From: Eledone cirrhosa
Lineage: Eukaryota
Direction: 5' to 3'
NCBI GenBank assembly: GCA_964016885.1
Contig: OZ024746.1
Coordinates: 45,198,001 to 45,262,000, forward strand
DNA length: 64,000 nt
Below the pieces are notes generated by a model. That model did no database searches. It saw nothing but the letters and a program-made list of their open reading frames with translations, and was not told the origin of the DNA. Both the position numbers and the translations under genes were made by a program. Below, one piece after another: positions 1 through 15,540 of the stretch (its first letter is position 1; each line of letters starts with the position of its first letter).

Positions 1-848
1 ATAATGTAAAATGTTTTTACTTTTTCTACTTACATATCAAAATGATAATTTCAAACATTGAAAGGAAAACAACATTAATATGATATAAACTTTTTTCAAA
101 TTAGAAATATTGAGAAAAATAAGAACATATGTTGCCCCTTCTTTCACGCAACCAATATAGACTATTTTCCTGTTCTTATTTAAACGAATATTTATACTGT
201 ATAGTGTCTTAATATATTATATTTTAATTTTAAGCACTATTATGTAAAAATGCCGTTACTCAGTTGTATTCAGTAATACACTTTTGACTTATGATCATAT
301 GCTAGCAATATTCGGGAAGAAACGCAATTACGATATATGATAAATTATAAGCTAATATGAAGCAGTTAGCGCAATTGCCAAAATTGATACGTGTGAATAT
401 TGTTGCAACATTATCGTAAATGTGTTATTAGATCCGTAATTATCAGTCAAAGAGATAATGAATAACATATTTCAAGAAGGTAAAGTCATGGCGAGTCCAT
501 AAACCGAACTTGAATTACCGATTCCGTCACTTACACAGTTAACACATTTGTGTGTCTGACAACATAAGTAATCATACAAACATACACTTAAGGCGTTATA
601 GGATCTGGGTAATATCTCCTCCTTAATCTTCCACGTTTCATATCAACAATTCTAAATACTCAGAATTTAGAAACATTTAAAAAGTGATCAAAATGCAATG
701 TTTTGTTGATCTTAAAGAGTTTAAATTCAAATATCAAATCGGCTGGATTTGTACAGAGAACGTAAAGGTCCGTAATAAAACGCCACAGTCATATTTTCCA
801 GTGTTTCACTGCTTTAGTAACTCCGTAGAAAGTGCATATACATGGCAT

Positions 849-940
<92 letters not shown>

Positions 941-1911
941 ATTAAAATTTAGGGTGTTTAAAGCCACCACAAAGGGATTATTTCGGCTATGAGCAGAGTA
1001 CAGTGCAAATGATAATATAGAACACCTAGGATATTGAGCCATAAGTGATGTGGTCTTATCGGAAATTTAAGCGACTACAACTACTTACAACAATAACAGA
1101 TATTGGAAAATATAATTAATATAAGCAGATACAAATCTTCAAGTCTCTTCCCTTCTTTGTAAACATAATACAGCGGTGATAAAAAGGCAAAAAGAAATAT
1201 TAGAGATGGTTTATATACTGTCAGAATCAGTGACTAGTAATAAAAATAAGAACTTGATAATCAATCTGAGTGATACATGCTTCGTGTCTAAGCTATTAAT
1301 CTGCCTGGACAGTTTTCTTAATGAAAAACAACACATGTCACAAGAAGAACTTGAGTAGATATTGCATGTTTTTCTATTGAAAAGAGCTTTTTATTCAATA
1401 TATCCTCAATGAAATAGATGAGCATTAGACATTGTTTTCCCTCTTTCTATCTCATTCTATTTTTTCCCAATTGTTGAAAGTAATAATATAGTGATTACAT
1501 GCGCAAACGTAGATGCAAGCTAACACACGCACAGACATACGCGCAAAGGATGTGTAACATGCGTACGCACTTACATGTATATGAAAACCAAGATACACAC
1601 AAATATTTCAAGGGAAAATAATTAACGCAGTTACACAATGAAGATGTTTTTCAACTTACTACCATAAATGGAGTGTCACAAAAGACATAAAAGTGTAGTT
1701 CAATTGATACATATCATATATGGTGTAGCTTTCATTGATTTTAGCAATAGTTCCAGTGCGTGTGTACATGAACATATACGCGAACATATACTCACACCCA
1801 CACATGATCTAATACGCTCCGACATCCACGGAAACTAACGCACTCAAGCATAAACACAGAACATACATGTATAAACACTAATTCAGAGACATATATTTGA
1901 GAGCGTGTATG

Positions 1912-1942
<31 letters not shown>

Positions 1943-2116
1943 ATTGGTGAGTGAGTAATGATAACATACTAAAATCATTAACATTCAGTTTGTTTACAAG
2001 TAAACAGCCTCATAAAACAGCACGTGGTAGATGAACAACTTCACCTTTTGTTCCACTGGTAGCTGAGAGAAGACAATCAACAATTGACAATTGTTTCGGA
2101 TTGCCTTGCTGTACAC

Positions 2117-2570
<454 letters not shown>

Positions 2571-2599
2571 TAATCTTCTATACACAATCATACACACCC

Positions 2600-2667
<68 letters not shown>

Positions 2668-2669
<2 letters not shown>

Positions 2670-3741
2670 TAAAACATGTCTATGGAATCACAAGATAAAA
2701 TATATACTATTTCCTCTCCCAATTAGCATAATTAACTATATAAAAAATCGAATAGACCAGGCTATACGAATGAGGCTTCTATGAAGGAATCTCCAACAAA
2801 TAACCAAAACTAGCGCTTCGCGTCGGCCGTAGTGGAATATTTATCGAATATTTCGACAGCGTAATCGCCTAGATACAGTCAACTAAGCAGAATTAGGTTT
2901 AAAATAAACTAGGAGAAAATAGAATACACTTAAATACCTCTACCATTGTTTCGTCCGTGTTTTGAGTTATCCAATAATTATGTAATAATTATATAAACTC
3001 GAGCGCCGGATTCTTCAGGAAGCTCGCTCATATCTAGACATTAAATTTTCCAAAACGATCGAGCCAAGAATTCATTTCAAAATGGCTAAAAATCGTGACG
3101 TAGTCGCGGTCAAGTTGGAAGGGGTGTGGTAGTTACTTACGACTGGTGGCATTTTTGCTAGAAAGCACAGCACAATACAGCCAAATTTGTATCTCAACCT
3201 AGTGGGAGATTATTACATATAAAAGTTTACATATATATATATATACATACACATACATATACGTGTTTTGCAACTGGTCACTTTTTGGCTCAATGAAAAA
3301 TTAATAAATTAAACAATCAGAGCTATATATCATAAAACATGTCTATAGAATCACAAGATAAAATATATACTATTTCCTCTCCCAATTAGCATAATTAACT
3401 ATATAAAAAATCGAATAGACCAGGCTATACGAATGAGGCTTCTATGAAGGAATCTCCAACAAATAACCAAAACTTACGCTTCGCGTCGGCCGTAGTGGAA
3501 TATTTATCGAATATTTTGACAGCGTAATCGCCTAGATACAGTCAACTAAGCAGAATTAGGTTTAAAATAAACTAGGAGAAAATAGAATACACTTAAATAC
3601 ATCTACCATGGTTTCGTCCGTGATTTGAGTTATCCAATAATTATGTAATAATTATATAAACTCGAGCGCCAAATTCTTCAGGAAGCTCGCTCATATCTAG
3701 ACATTAAATTTTCCAAAACGATCGCGCCAAGAATTCATTAC

Positions 3742-3746
<5 letters not shown>
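2668..3746 (-). mobile_element. Direct repeat pair (~415 bp; 2668-3083 and 3331-3746), Penelope-like partial tandem pLTRs
   Basis: Two nearly identical copies, offset 663 bp, flanked by (TA)n. Each has a minus-strand hammerhead. Confidence 0.75.
2937..3022 (-). ncRNA. Hammerhead ribozyme with extended stem II (second copy 3600-3685)
   Basis: Minus strand: CTTC-CTGAAGA-a-TCCG...CGGA-c-GAAA-CAATGG-TA-GAGG. Copy 2 has the perfect palindromic stem III CCATGG. Confidence 0.7.
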
Positions 3747-3830
<84 letters not shown>

Positions 3831-3914
3831 TATACATATATATATACATATATGCATCCCATATGCAACAACGCAGCACGCCATTTTTCATATATATATA
3901 TATATATGTGTGTA

Positions 3915-4012
<98 letters not shown>

Positions 4013-4179
4013 TATATATATATTTATTATAAGAACAGATTAAAGTTTAAGCAAAGAATCGCTGCTTTCACCCTTAACGGGATCTTCTGAACTAAGTATT
4101 GCAACAAAAAAAATAAGATATATATTAGAAAAAATGAGGAAGCTTCGTTTAAATGTATAAGATTGTTATAGTGTATCGA

Positions 4180-4269
4180 CCTGTTACGCGCGTTTTGCAG
4201 AGGATTGGCTGTAGGTTACCCATAGCAGTTATAGACCCGACTCCATTATCGATCTGCTTTTCAGACTGG
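4180..4269 (-). ncRNA. Decayed hammerhead-like motif
   Basis: Minus strand: CTGAAAA-GCAGA...TCTGC-AAAA-CGCGCG-TA. Stem II and palindromic stem III are intact; core G8 and G12 are mutated. Confidence 0.4.
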
Positions 4270-4464
4270 CGACGACTAACAATAGGTATAAAACGAAGTT
4301 GTAAACGCAGTAGAGCAGACATCAATCGAATAGTTTGAGGCTGTCACAAACCACTTAATAGTGCAAACGGTTAATAATTCTTGTCCAGAGAAAACACACA
4401 CGTATATATATATATATATCACAGAAAAAAAGAGAATCAGTGTTGCGACGAATGGAATTTATTG

Positions 4465-4559
4465 GACATATTACAATCGTTTCTCTGGCGAACAGTTCGA
4501 GGCACGATCGATGTGATGATTGAACCTGACTCTGAAAATCGCAAGTCCTCAGATACGTC
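4465..4559 (-). ncRNA. Hammerhead ribozyme with extended stem II
   Basis: Minus strand: GACGTAT-CTGAGGA-CTtGCGA...TCGCcAG-a-GAAA-CGATTG-TA-ATATGTC. 7-bp stem I, GUA cleavage triplet. Confidence 0.65.
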
Positions 4560-4576
4560 TTTATTCTACGAAGCAG

Positions 4577-4632
4577 ATTTTCCTAATTATAATTTTCCTA
4601 ATTATAATTTTCCTAATTATAATTTTCCAATT
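4577..4632. repeat. 15-bp minisatellite (ATTTTCCTAATTATA)x~3.7
   Basis: Directly visible tandem repeat. Confidence 0.9.
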
Positions 4633-5081
4633 ATATATATATATATATCATGTCTGCATTCTGTACTGTATATTCGTCTCGTTCCTCACCCTCTGAGAAA
4701 CTCATGTTAGAATCTATGATCTCGACTGGACCAGTATTACTGCTGGTATGAGATGGAACTGTGTAAATGAATTTCGATAACATGAACAAGGTGTTCGTTC
4801 TTTTCCTGTTACCCTATTATCTATAACCGACATCGCTCCTTAGTCTTCATTTCATATATCGCTGTCTATTTTTCAATATAACTGTTGCCAATTTAATTAT
4901 CTGTGACGGCAAAGAGTTCCTTTCTCTTATCGTTGATTTGTTTACTATTACTCTTATATTGCCAAAACATACCCCTTCATGGTCACTTGACCTCATCTTC
5001 TCGCCTTTTTAAATTGATGATATTACCTCGGTTATTATTTCTGTATTTGTCTCTGGCTTTCATTTTATGTGTTACCTATTT

Positions 5082-5131
<50 letters not shown>

Positions 5132-5218
5132 CATATATATCTTACATACACAGACACAAACACGCAGACTCACACACACACACATACATACACATACACA
5201 TATATATATATATGTATA

Positions 5219-5250
<32 letters not shown>

Positions 5251-5689
5251 GTATAAAAAAACGAAAAATCAGTGATGCATCTGGACTCAGTTTATTGCGT
5301 GTTACAATTGTATATATATATATACCATTAGGTACTGTCAAACACGCAACACGTGTGTATATGTGCCTGAGTTTGTGTGTAATATGCGCGTTTATACGTA
5401 CATACAGCTTAAATATACAGATACATAAAATCCATGCATATAAATATAGTATCAAACAGCCTTTCATTCTCCGTGAATGTTTACTCATTACTGGAATATA
5501 AAATATTAAAATATTATTCACTATGAATTAAAGCTTTCAAGGAATTTATGCAATAACATCTTGGCGATATAGCTTTCGTGTCTCTAAAGCTTGTCCATTA
5601 TAGTAAAGGCACGTGCAGTACAGTAGTAGCAGATTATTATAATAAGATTTCTACAGATCCAGTAGTGAATTGTATTTGCGGTTCCGATC

Positions 5690-6751
5690 GTGGACATCTA
5701 CTTTTTGCCCCGATGTCTCTATACAAAAGCCCGAGTGCTCGGATACATGAGGCTAAGGTGAAACCATTCAATATAGTAATCGGACGCCACCAAGGGTGCG
5801 TACTGTCACCCATCCTGTTTATAATCTTCATGAACAGGATTGACACACGCAGCCGGTTTTAACATGGCATCATTAATGGCAGGTATAGTATTAGTCGGCT
5901 GGAATATGGAGAGGACATGATAACTCGTCGGATGGTGATCTTCGACATGCACTTGATAGGTTTGATGCCGAGTGCTTCAAGACTGGAACGAAAATCTTTA
6001 TTACGAAGACTGAGGCACTCCTCCTCACAAGAACGCCGGCACTGAATACACTAAATGTGAATGGAGGTCCACTGAAGCAGGTGGAGAAATTCAAGTATCT
6101 CGGAGTCGTGTTGACGAGTGTTGGAAGGCAGGAGGCTGAATTAAGTGCAAAAAATTGCATGAGCTGGTGCAGTAATGCACCAGCTTCAACGTTCGGTAAT
6201 CAGAAGAAGGGAGGCAGGTGTAAATACCAAACAGGCTATCTTCAATGCGTTATTCGTGCCAGCCCTTACCAATGGTCATGAATCTTGAGTAAAGATCGAA
6301 AGAATTTCATTGCGAAAAGAAGGGGTCGAAAGTATCTTTGGAGAAAAATTACTCAATAGTATGTTTAGCTCGGAGATCAACGAAAGAGAGAGAGAGAGCA
6401 GCTACTTCTCCGAATTGAGAGATCACACCTCCTATATTACAGGCATGAAGTTAGAATGTCTTGGAAAAGTCGTTGGAATAGTTACAGGCAAAGCCAATTG
6501 GCAGGAGTCCAGGCCGCCGAACAAGATTGTTGGATAACATCCATGAGCTCAGCTGATCTCGTTTGGGGATCCTGTTGGATCAATTGGAGACGGCTATTTC
6601 TGACAGGACTTGTTAAGGAGTATTTGAGGACTCTGCCTCCGGGATCCTCTCAAGAAGAAGAAGAAGAAGAAGAAGAAGAAGAAGAAGAAGAAGAAGAAGA
6701 AGAAGAAGAAGAAGAAGAAGAAGAAGAAGAAGAAGAAGAAGAAGAAGAAGA
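5690..6751 (+). mobile_element. 5'-truncated, degenerate RTE-clade LINE with (GAA)n tail
   Basis: RT motifs KPFNIVIGRHQGCVLSPILFIIFMNRI and LKQVEKFKYLGVVLTSVGRQEAEL, broken by frameshifts. Ends in (GAA)n 6652-6751. Confidence 0.75.
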
Positions 6752-7429
6752 TGTATGGCAATCGATGTCTTCGAATTCAGCTAACAGGTGACATATCGTG
6801 TTCCTCCCAAAATTATGCTGGAACTAAGCGTCTGTATGTCTATGTATTGCGTAAAACTTAAAATATTTGAATTGATACCCCACCTCCTTGCCAATACACA
6901 CACAAGCACAATTGTTTTGAATCATGAATGTCTATTGTGTTCATAGCTAATGGCCTTTCATTGTATCTCTCGAAATGTGACTTGTTTCCGTTTATGGAAG
7001 CTTCATAAGATGTTCTATAAAGGATACATATGGCAGCCTGGTGATTATCAAGGTCAGAGTTTGTGAATGCATCAACTCAATAGAAAACCATCTTGCAGCG
7101 TAACACAAAAGAAGCACAGTATATGAACAAACGTAGCATCTCATGAGACTGATTATTTATATACACAGGATAGCACACAAGCAGTCATATCAATATATCT
7201 AACCAGACATTGCTAAAAACTTACTTAGCTTTACGATATCTGACAGTAACTTACTAAGTCATCTTATCAGCGTATTCAGTGCTTGCTCTAGCAATATTTT
7301 GATCAAATCGAAACAATCTGGCAACAAGTTTAGTTTAATCATTCTCTGAACTTTGTCACCTGACCTTCATAATTGTAATTATTGTTTGACAAGATTCTCT
7401 TAAATCTAATATTTAGAAACAGCAGAATA

Positions 7430-8070
7430 ATTCAGAATTACAAAAGACATGTCTATATGCAACTTAATGTACCTTTAGTGTGTGGATTATTGGCTGAATG
7501 TCTGTGTGGAAGTTAGCGAGATTATATATTATTGATATCTTCACACTGAAAACAATTAAGACTTTTACATAGTTGTCATCACTTTTCCTTTATTTTGTTA
7601 TGTTTATGTGCCTGAAATATTGTGAAAACTACACTATAATCTCAAATATTAGACTATGACTGAATTTAAGTGATAGGTTTTTGAAATGTTATTGTTACCC
7701 TCGCAACCCGTAAGCAACTCTTTGTTCATTGAATTTACAATATGTTACAAACTTTGTGAAGAATTTGTTTCATTTAAAACTCTCACTGAGAAAGATTTGA
7801 TTTCATATTGATCATATTGGATCGTTGGGTGATAATTGGTAGATATCATAGTAACGGGCTACCTATTACATTAGCTGTTATTTCAGTCAAATTTTCTTTG
7901 TTGTAAGACGTCTACTAATTCTAAATGTCTTTCCTCATCATCGATGTTTGATTTGTCTAGCATATTAATTAAATTGGAATCGCTAGCATGTCATGTCAGT
8001 AATTACAACAGATTCCCTACGTAATCCTCTAACCCATTATTATAATTTAATATTCCGGGTGCATATATGA
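7430..8070 (-). pseudogene. Possible very old pogo/Tigger-like transposase fossil
   Basis: Fragmentary minus-strand peptides (DIQPIIHTLKVH resembling QPxDQGIIxxLKxxY; ARVTI). No ORF or TIR is visible. Confidence 0.3.
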
Positions 8071-9213
8071 TGTAATTAAGTCTAGTAAAGACAAATGACA
8101 AAAATCATTTGTGTATCCATTTAGTCAAATAAATTGATTCCATTTCTTCACTGTGGTTTTATTTTACCGACTCGGAAGAATAATTAGCCAACTGAACTTC
8201 TCAATGAGTAAATAGCGCAATACATTTTATATAACAATTATATAACTTATTATTTGATCAATGAAATGTGGAACCGGAGACGAAATAGCAACCGGGTAGG
8301 TTGTGGGGAATAATATAAAGAGCACAGGAAAAGAAATAATAGGAATGGGACTGATGACAAAATATCATTAGTAGCAGTCAGGGGAAAATAAAATGAGCCT
8401 ACCCTAATTCACAACCCAGAAAAGATATTAATTTGAATCGATAGAATAACAACATGGCTAGAACGTAAGTGCCGTGATTACCTTTCTAAATACTGATTCA
8501 ATTTATTTGTGGATATTCGTTGTTTTATGCTTTATATGATTAATGTATGGCAAATGTTGAGACCAATCGCCTATTAACCTAGAAAAGGTATCAAACGATA
8601 TTAATAAAAACCGAATCTTTTGTTACAATGTGATTGTTTTAATATGTAACACAAGCACTCATGTTATATTTACATTAAATTTACACTAAATATTCTAATG
8701 TACACATTCATATATATCTTAATATACGCATACATTTATATCGAGCATACGTATGTATCATTTGATTGATTACGTCAGTAAATGTACGAGTATCAGGGCA
8801 ATAACACCGACTGTTTCGCCTAAGATTTAAAACCTACTTGACATATATAGTGTTGCAAAGTAATATTCCACTGTATCCGGAATCATAGAGATAGTAATGT
8901 TTTGATAAGGAGAGGAACATTTCTGAAATACAGCATGGTTATTTTTATAGAGTTTTCTGTATATAAAGGAATATTTGAAAAAATGCTGATGAACAATACT
9001 GAAATAAATACATAGACACACGCGTGCAAACGTATATGTCATAACTGTTCATTGCAAATTTTTCCGGTAGACAGACATGATGTGGCATGAAAAGAAGTAT
9101 TATATCTAAGTAGAATGCACGTTAAATCTCCACATTCACGCACGCGTGGATTCACATATATAAGCTCAAACACATGCACAGAAGTACATGTAAACATATG
9201 TATATGTATATAA

Positions 9214-9286
<73 letters not shown>

Positions 9287-9830
9287 CGTGTGCGTGCGCA
9301 CGGGTGTGTGTGTGTGTGCGTGCGTACGGGTGTGTGTGTGTGTGTGCGTGCGTGAGGGAGTGTGTGTGTGTGTATGTGTGTGTGCGTGTTTTTGTGTGTG
9401 TGTGTATATACAAACTGTACATACTAATATGTATACAGCTATGTTCGAGTGTTGGAGCAAACAGCTTAATTATATTTCTTGTTCAGGCCGAGCCATCCTA
9501 TAACTCCGTATGCAAATTAGGCTAATCAGCCAATATACATAGATGTTAGATCTATATTTGCGCCTATTTTGAGTACCGACAGAAAGCGATATGGAGGGGT
9601 GCGTTACTAAGACAACGGTCGATAGGTCAGAAACAGGTGTGGGTAAATTCCCCTTGTTTCTGCTCGAGCTCGCTGGGTGGCACCCTGCCATCACATTTAC
9701 GCCTACATAATAAAGGGTTTGCAAATGTTTATTCGTAAGCACATCGTATATTCTCCGATATACAAAACTTACATACTCATATGTATACAGCTATGATGGA
9801 GCGAATAGCTTAATTATATATATATATATT

Positions 9831-9912
<82 letters not shown>

Positions 9913-10649
9913 AAAGAACGTGTGGTAAGATACCAGGTGAACCATATACTATGCTGCTCACTTAGTTCGGATCTAGCTGTTGAAACGGCCTGAGCTCAGC
10001 CGTCGGAGTCCTGACTCTCTTCCATATATATATGGTGGGGAGCGTGTGTGTCTGTGTGAAAGTAAGAGTGTGTAAAATGTAAACAGAAATATTAAAGCAA
10101 ACAACCCAGTACAATGAATATAGATTGAGAAATACAAGACGAAATAGAAAGATAAAGAATAAGAAGGGGAACGAACGGAACAAAATTGAGAGAATAAAAA
10201 ACAAGTACTTATTCAGTGAGTCATTTTGGAGAGATACATGCACCCTGCACTTGATATATATAATTTCAGTTGATCTAATTATAGTTTGTGATTTAACTGC
10301 ATGGCTGACGGCCAGAGTATCGTGTAAATAATAAGATGTTGCCTACTGATATCTTCAGAATAGCTTTTGTCTCATTATGGTATTCTGCATTACCTTATAT
10401 CGGCTAGAAATAGATCAGTATAGGTTATAAATCGGTTTTTGTCATCTTCTTGTAAGTTGATTGCTTGCCCTCCTGCCTTTGTTGTGTTTTTTTCATGTCT
10501 TTTCGTTTATGCATGGCCTTAGATACATTTGATATGTACATATATATATGAACTGATGTGTACGCACTAATCATTTCTTTTTGCAACCGTTTTGTATTTA
10601 ATAAGATCGATAACATTGCGTATTGATCAAAATTATTCTCATATATATA

Positions 10650-10733
<84 letters not shown>

Positions 10734-10922
10734 AGAGTCGTTTAAATAGCCGTCGAAACGGCTTGAGCTCTGCTGTCGGGGTCCTGACTCTTTTCCTATT
10801 ACTGACTCTACTACCCAAAGTATCGAGTACTCGGGTGCGTTATGGTCCACCTGATTCCTTCAGAAGATCCCGTTAAGGGGGAAAGCACCGAGTCTTTGCT
10901 TAAAATTTAATCTGTTATTTTA

Positions 10923-10992
<70 letters not shown>

Positions 10993-10997
<5 letters not shown>

Positions 10998-11452
10998 TAT
11001 CTATACGTACATACATATATGTATACAGACGTACAGTAGTATGTATATATATATACATACATGCACACATATATATATGTATGTATGGATTCACCGAACA
11101 TTTATTATAATGCTCGGTGTGTTTGTAAACAAACATCCCGAATTAAGCCGTACAGTGTCTAGCAACCATCGTTGCTCATTTGTTCAACACTGACAAAGGA
11201 ACGCTGAACTAATAAGCTTGAAATTAGTACAGCGTTCCTTTGTCATAGTTGAACAAATGAGCAACGATGGTTGCTAGACACTGTACGGCTTAATACGGGA
11301 TGTTTGTTTACAAACACACCGAGCATTATAATAAATGTTCGGTGAATCCATACGTACATATATATATGTGTGCATGTATGTATATATATATATATATACA
11401 TACTACTGTACGTCTGAACACATATATGTATGTACCTATAGATACTTATATT
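10993..11452. mobile_element. ~460-bp palindrome, inverted pLTR pair of a hammerhead-bearing family also at 17360-17690 and 20960-21290
   Basis: Arms ~10993-11212 and ~11222-11452 are reverse complements. The centre is AAGCTTGAAATTAGTACAGCGTT, the 3' half of the family's hammerhead. Confidence 0.8.
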
Positions 11453-11615
11453 TAAGTAACAGCCGTACTAAGAGTGAGAAATGAAATTTTGTTTCATTTT
11501 TTACGTTTATATATATATATATATAAATATATCCATATAGTAAGTTTTTTTGGTTGATTTTTTAGGTTAAGAATCGATGGTGTGTTCCAACTTAAGTTAC
11601 CCAAGCCGTTATTCC

Positions 11616-11709
<94 letters not shown>

Positions 11710-11988
11710 TAATTAAAAAATGTTGATATTCTCGAACGCAGAAAATAACTGAATATAATCGGTAGCTATAAATAATAGCTTAGAAAATAGGGTAACATTT
11801 TCCCTATTGAGGCCAGTAGACTCTAAAATGTATCGAACCTGTACCTCGCGAATTCCCACCCCTTCGATTTTTTCAACTTTTTCTAAGAATACACACACTC
11901 ACATACACACCCACTCATACACACATACACACCAACGCACTACCACCCCTATACATACATATATATATATATATACGTACATATATAT

Positions 11989-12066
<78 letters not shown>

Positions 12067-12102
12067 GGAGAGAGAAAGAGAGAGAGACAGAGACTATCGA
12101 TA

Positions 12103-12147
<45 letters not shown>

Positions 12148-12754
12148 TATATATATAGTCTCATGTTTGTTTATTCGGATTTATCTATTTCTATTTGTAT
12201 ATTTGTATTCGCTCGTGTGCATATATAGTTATGATTATCTCTCGAGCTGACTATATCTAAACCATCGCTGATTGATTTGAATCTAGTTCTTTTCACGGAT
12301 ACAATGATAGAAAAGAAGCTATCCTGGCTCTATTCTAAGCTGCATTAGTTTAAGCTGTGTTATTTATTTTTGCATACCTATATACGTTTCAAACCAATCA
12401 CTTTGTTTATTCAAGCGATTAGCTAATAGCAGATTTTCTCAGGCACTTCCAAAAATAGCCCTATTTATATTTTATTTTGGTGTATTTAATATTATATCGT
12501 TATACAGTCGTATATTTGTATATTCTCTTATAGACTTTTATTACCTATACATATATTTCCTTATTAAAATGTAAAGGTCTGAATGTCACTTTACTTTACG
12601 TATGTGTACACACTTTTTTGTTTATATCCTACTATCATTCCTACCCTCATACTAAATAATATTATTGTTATAAAATGCAATATATTTCTATCACATTACA
12701 TTTCAATAGTTAAATTATAAAGAATCTATATGGATATCTAACCTTCATATTTGT

Positions 12755-13165
<411 letters not shown>

Positions 13166-13589
13166 ACATATGAGGCTACTATGCTTCCGTTTTAAATGTT
13201 TTTTATTGGATTGGATATAAAACGTTATATATGATTCAGACATGATTGGCTCTAGGTCTTTATCGATATGATAGACCTGATTGGAGTGTCGAACTGGTTA
13301 TCACACTTGTGTACTCAATCAACAAATGCTCTATATATACCCGAGTATATACACTACCCAATATTAGTGCCATAGATTTCGAATGCTGCATGGTTGTACT
13401 GGGCTTGTTTTAATCATATTGTAGTGGGGGCATGTGTTGAGCGGTTGGGATCATATTAGGCCAGTTGACCTGACGATAGCTATTCAATTGGGTGGGATTC
13501 TAACAACAAGAGCAGCACAAAAACGACAACAGCAACGACAAATCCAACAACTGCAATAAGTCTCGATTTCTAACCTCTTATCTAACAGA

Positions 13590-13870
13590 TATAAATTTAA
13601 CGAAGTAGTGCCCTGTTACAACAATTCTCTAGAGGCAAATGGTTTTCAAACTAAAATTATTTACGGGCTTGACCGCTTGACCAATACAACCGGAGAGAAA
13701 TAGTTGCAATACTATCTGCATCACGCGAGACTTCTTAATGACTGTCGAAACCTACATCGACCAAACATTACTAGCTCTTATAGATAAACACTTCACCCCT
13801 AAGTATATACACAGGAAGTTATTTAACATGTATAATCATAAGATTAGTCTTATACCTATGCCTTACTTAT
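13590..13870 (+). pseudogene. Penelope-like element ORF fossil (RT-thumb/GIY-YIG linker)
   Basis: Translates to TVETYIDQTLLALIDKHFTPKYIHRKLFNMYNHKISLIPMP, matching the PLE linker pattern NVxTNIGxxFLxLIDKHFPxxHxLxKIFNRNxxKxSYSCMPN. Confidence 0.6.
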
Positions 13871-14651
13871 AAGGTAAAGTAACGAAGAATCTCCGATTTG
13901 TTTATTGTATGACCAGAGATAAAAATCAACAAAATATTGCCTGTAAAACAGAAGTTATAATCTATGACACAACACTGAAAGCAACGATATGTCGGAATCA
14001 CATAAGACCAGTCCAAAGAGCACAATAATAACAATGTGCCATTGTCTCGTGTCCGGGTAAAAAATAATTCTACAAAAATGCCCAGTTACGTCTGATCTCT
14101 GATGACGACTGCACCAACTGGAGCATTGCAGAAAGTTACACACCTAATAGCAACAGAATCAGTAAATAAGGGTTCATTAGAACCTAACGCCTGCCTTAAT
14201 ACCAAAACTGAACTATGCAAACCTTGCCCAAACTGCGCAACTTTCCATCTTCACTGCTCTCCTCCAAGTAGTAAAACACCTACGATACATCAGAAGCACC
14301 CATCAAGTAATGCATTATCACCGAAGTTCGCAATGCAGCCAATAATATCGACGCGGTATCGAGTAACAATTTCCAATCGCACCTAAATATATCGAACAAA
14401 AATCAAATATACTTGATAAAATATATCCCTCTCCTCATAATCAGAATAACAAAAGGAATTTGTTTTTCAAAAACATTTTTCAAATGTATTCAACACCATA
14501 AGTAAACAATCCCAAGAAGTATATATATTTCTTCATAAAGGTACACGCTGGTGAATGCGGTATTAATCATCTACAGTCAATTGGAACCTATCATGATGCC
14601 AATATATGCTTAGTCGCATGTAATTTTAAACATTAAACACACATATAGACA

Positions 14652-14712
<61 letters not shown>

Positions 14713-14716
<4 letters not shown>

Positions 14717-15426
14717 AATATGAAAACATGGCGTGCTGCGTGGTTGCAAATGGGTTACATACGAATAAATTTAGTCCTTCATCAGTGATCTTCCAGCCTT
14801 CATTGGTATTTCATGGCTTTAAAGACCATATACCTCTGGCTGGTGTGAGCATCTGCTAAAGATAGTCGTTGGGACACGTAAATAGGGGGAACGAGCGAGA
14901 CAGTAAACAAACAGAGATGGTAATGCAACGAAAAGTGAGGAAGAAGGAGTCAAGTCCCTGAAATCGATGAGCATAAGTTCTGTGAAATCGTGGACGAGAC
15001 AGAATAAAGACCATCAAACCTGGTCGAAGTGTGAGTGAGGAAAGAATCTCGCACAGGTCAAACGGGAGGAAGTAGGAGAGGGATTAGCAGAGAGTGAGTG
15101 AATGAAAGTATGAGGAAGAGGCTAACAGAGACTGTGACTGGTAGAGGGGGTAAAAGGAAGTGAGAGATACAGAGAAAAGGAGAAGTAGTAAGAAAGAAAC
15201 AGACGGGTCACAGCGGAGGAAAATATATATGAAAAATATGAAAACATGGCGTACTGCGTGGTTGCATATGGGTTACATATGAATAAATGTAATCCTTCAT
15301 CAGTGATCTTCCAGCCTTCATTGGTATTTCATTGCTTTAAAGACCATATACCTCTGGCTGGTACGAGCAACGGTTAAAGAAAGTCGTTGGGACACGAAAA
15401 ATAGGGGGAACGAGCGAGACAGTAAA
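14713..15426. mobile_element. Direct repeat pair (~195 bp; 14713-14907, 15231-15426) around a purine-rich spacer; end fragment also at ~3854-3892 inverted
   Basis: Visible duplication next to (TA)n. Minus strand has CTGATGA plus a stem but no canonical GAAA. Confidence 0.6.
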
Positions 15427-15485
15427 TATATATATATAACACATTTCAACACCATGTTTACCTGTTCTTTCTACATTAATTCGTA

Positions 15486-15540
15486 CTGCCTGAAGAGGTC
15501 ACAGCCAATAATAGCTGTCACTGAAATATATATATAGCAG
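15486..15540 (+). ncRNA. Minimal type-I hammerhead ribozyme
   Basis: CTGC-CTGAAGA-GGTcACAGC(caataata)GCTGTcACT-GAAA-TATATATA-TA-GCAG. Stem I CTGC/GCAG, palindromic stem III. Confidence 0.65.

Noticed and set aside
695-830. Resemblance to a decayed octopus SINE (also ~8150-8200, ~13250-13470)
   Set aside because: Too degenerate; no A/B boxes identifiable, so not called.
14099-14145. CTGATGA…TGCA/TGCA-GAAA hammerhead-like motif; also CTGAGAA motifs near 4693 and 12437
   Set aside because: No UH cleavage site or stem I can be formed; at best decayed remnants.
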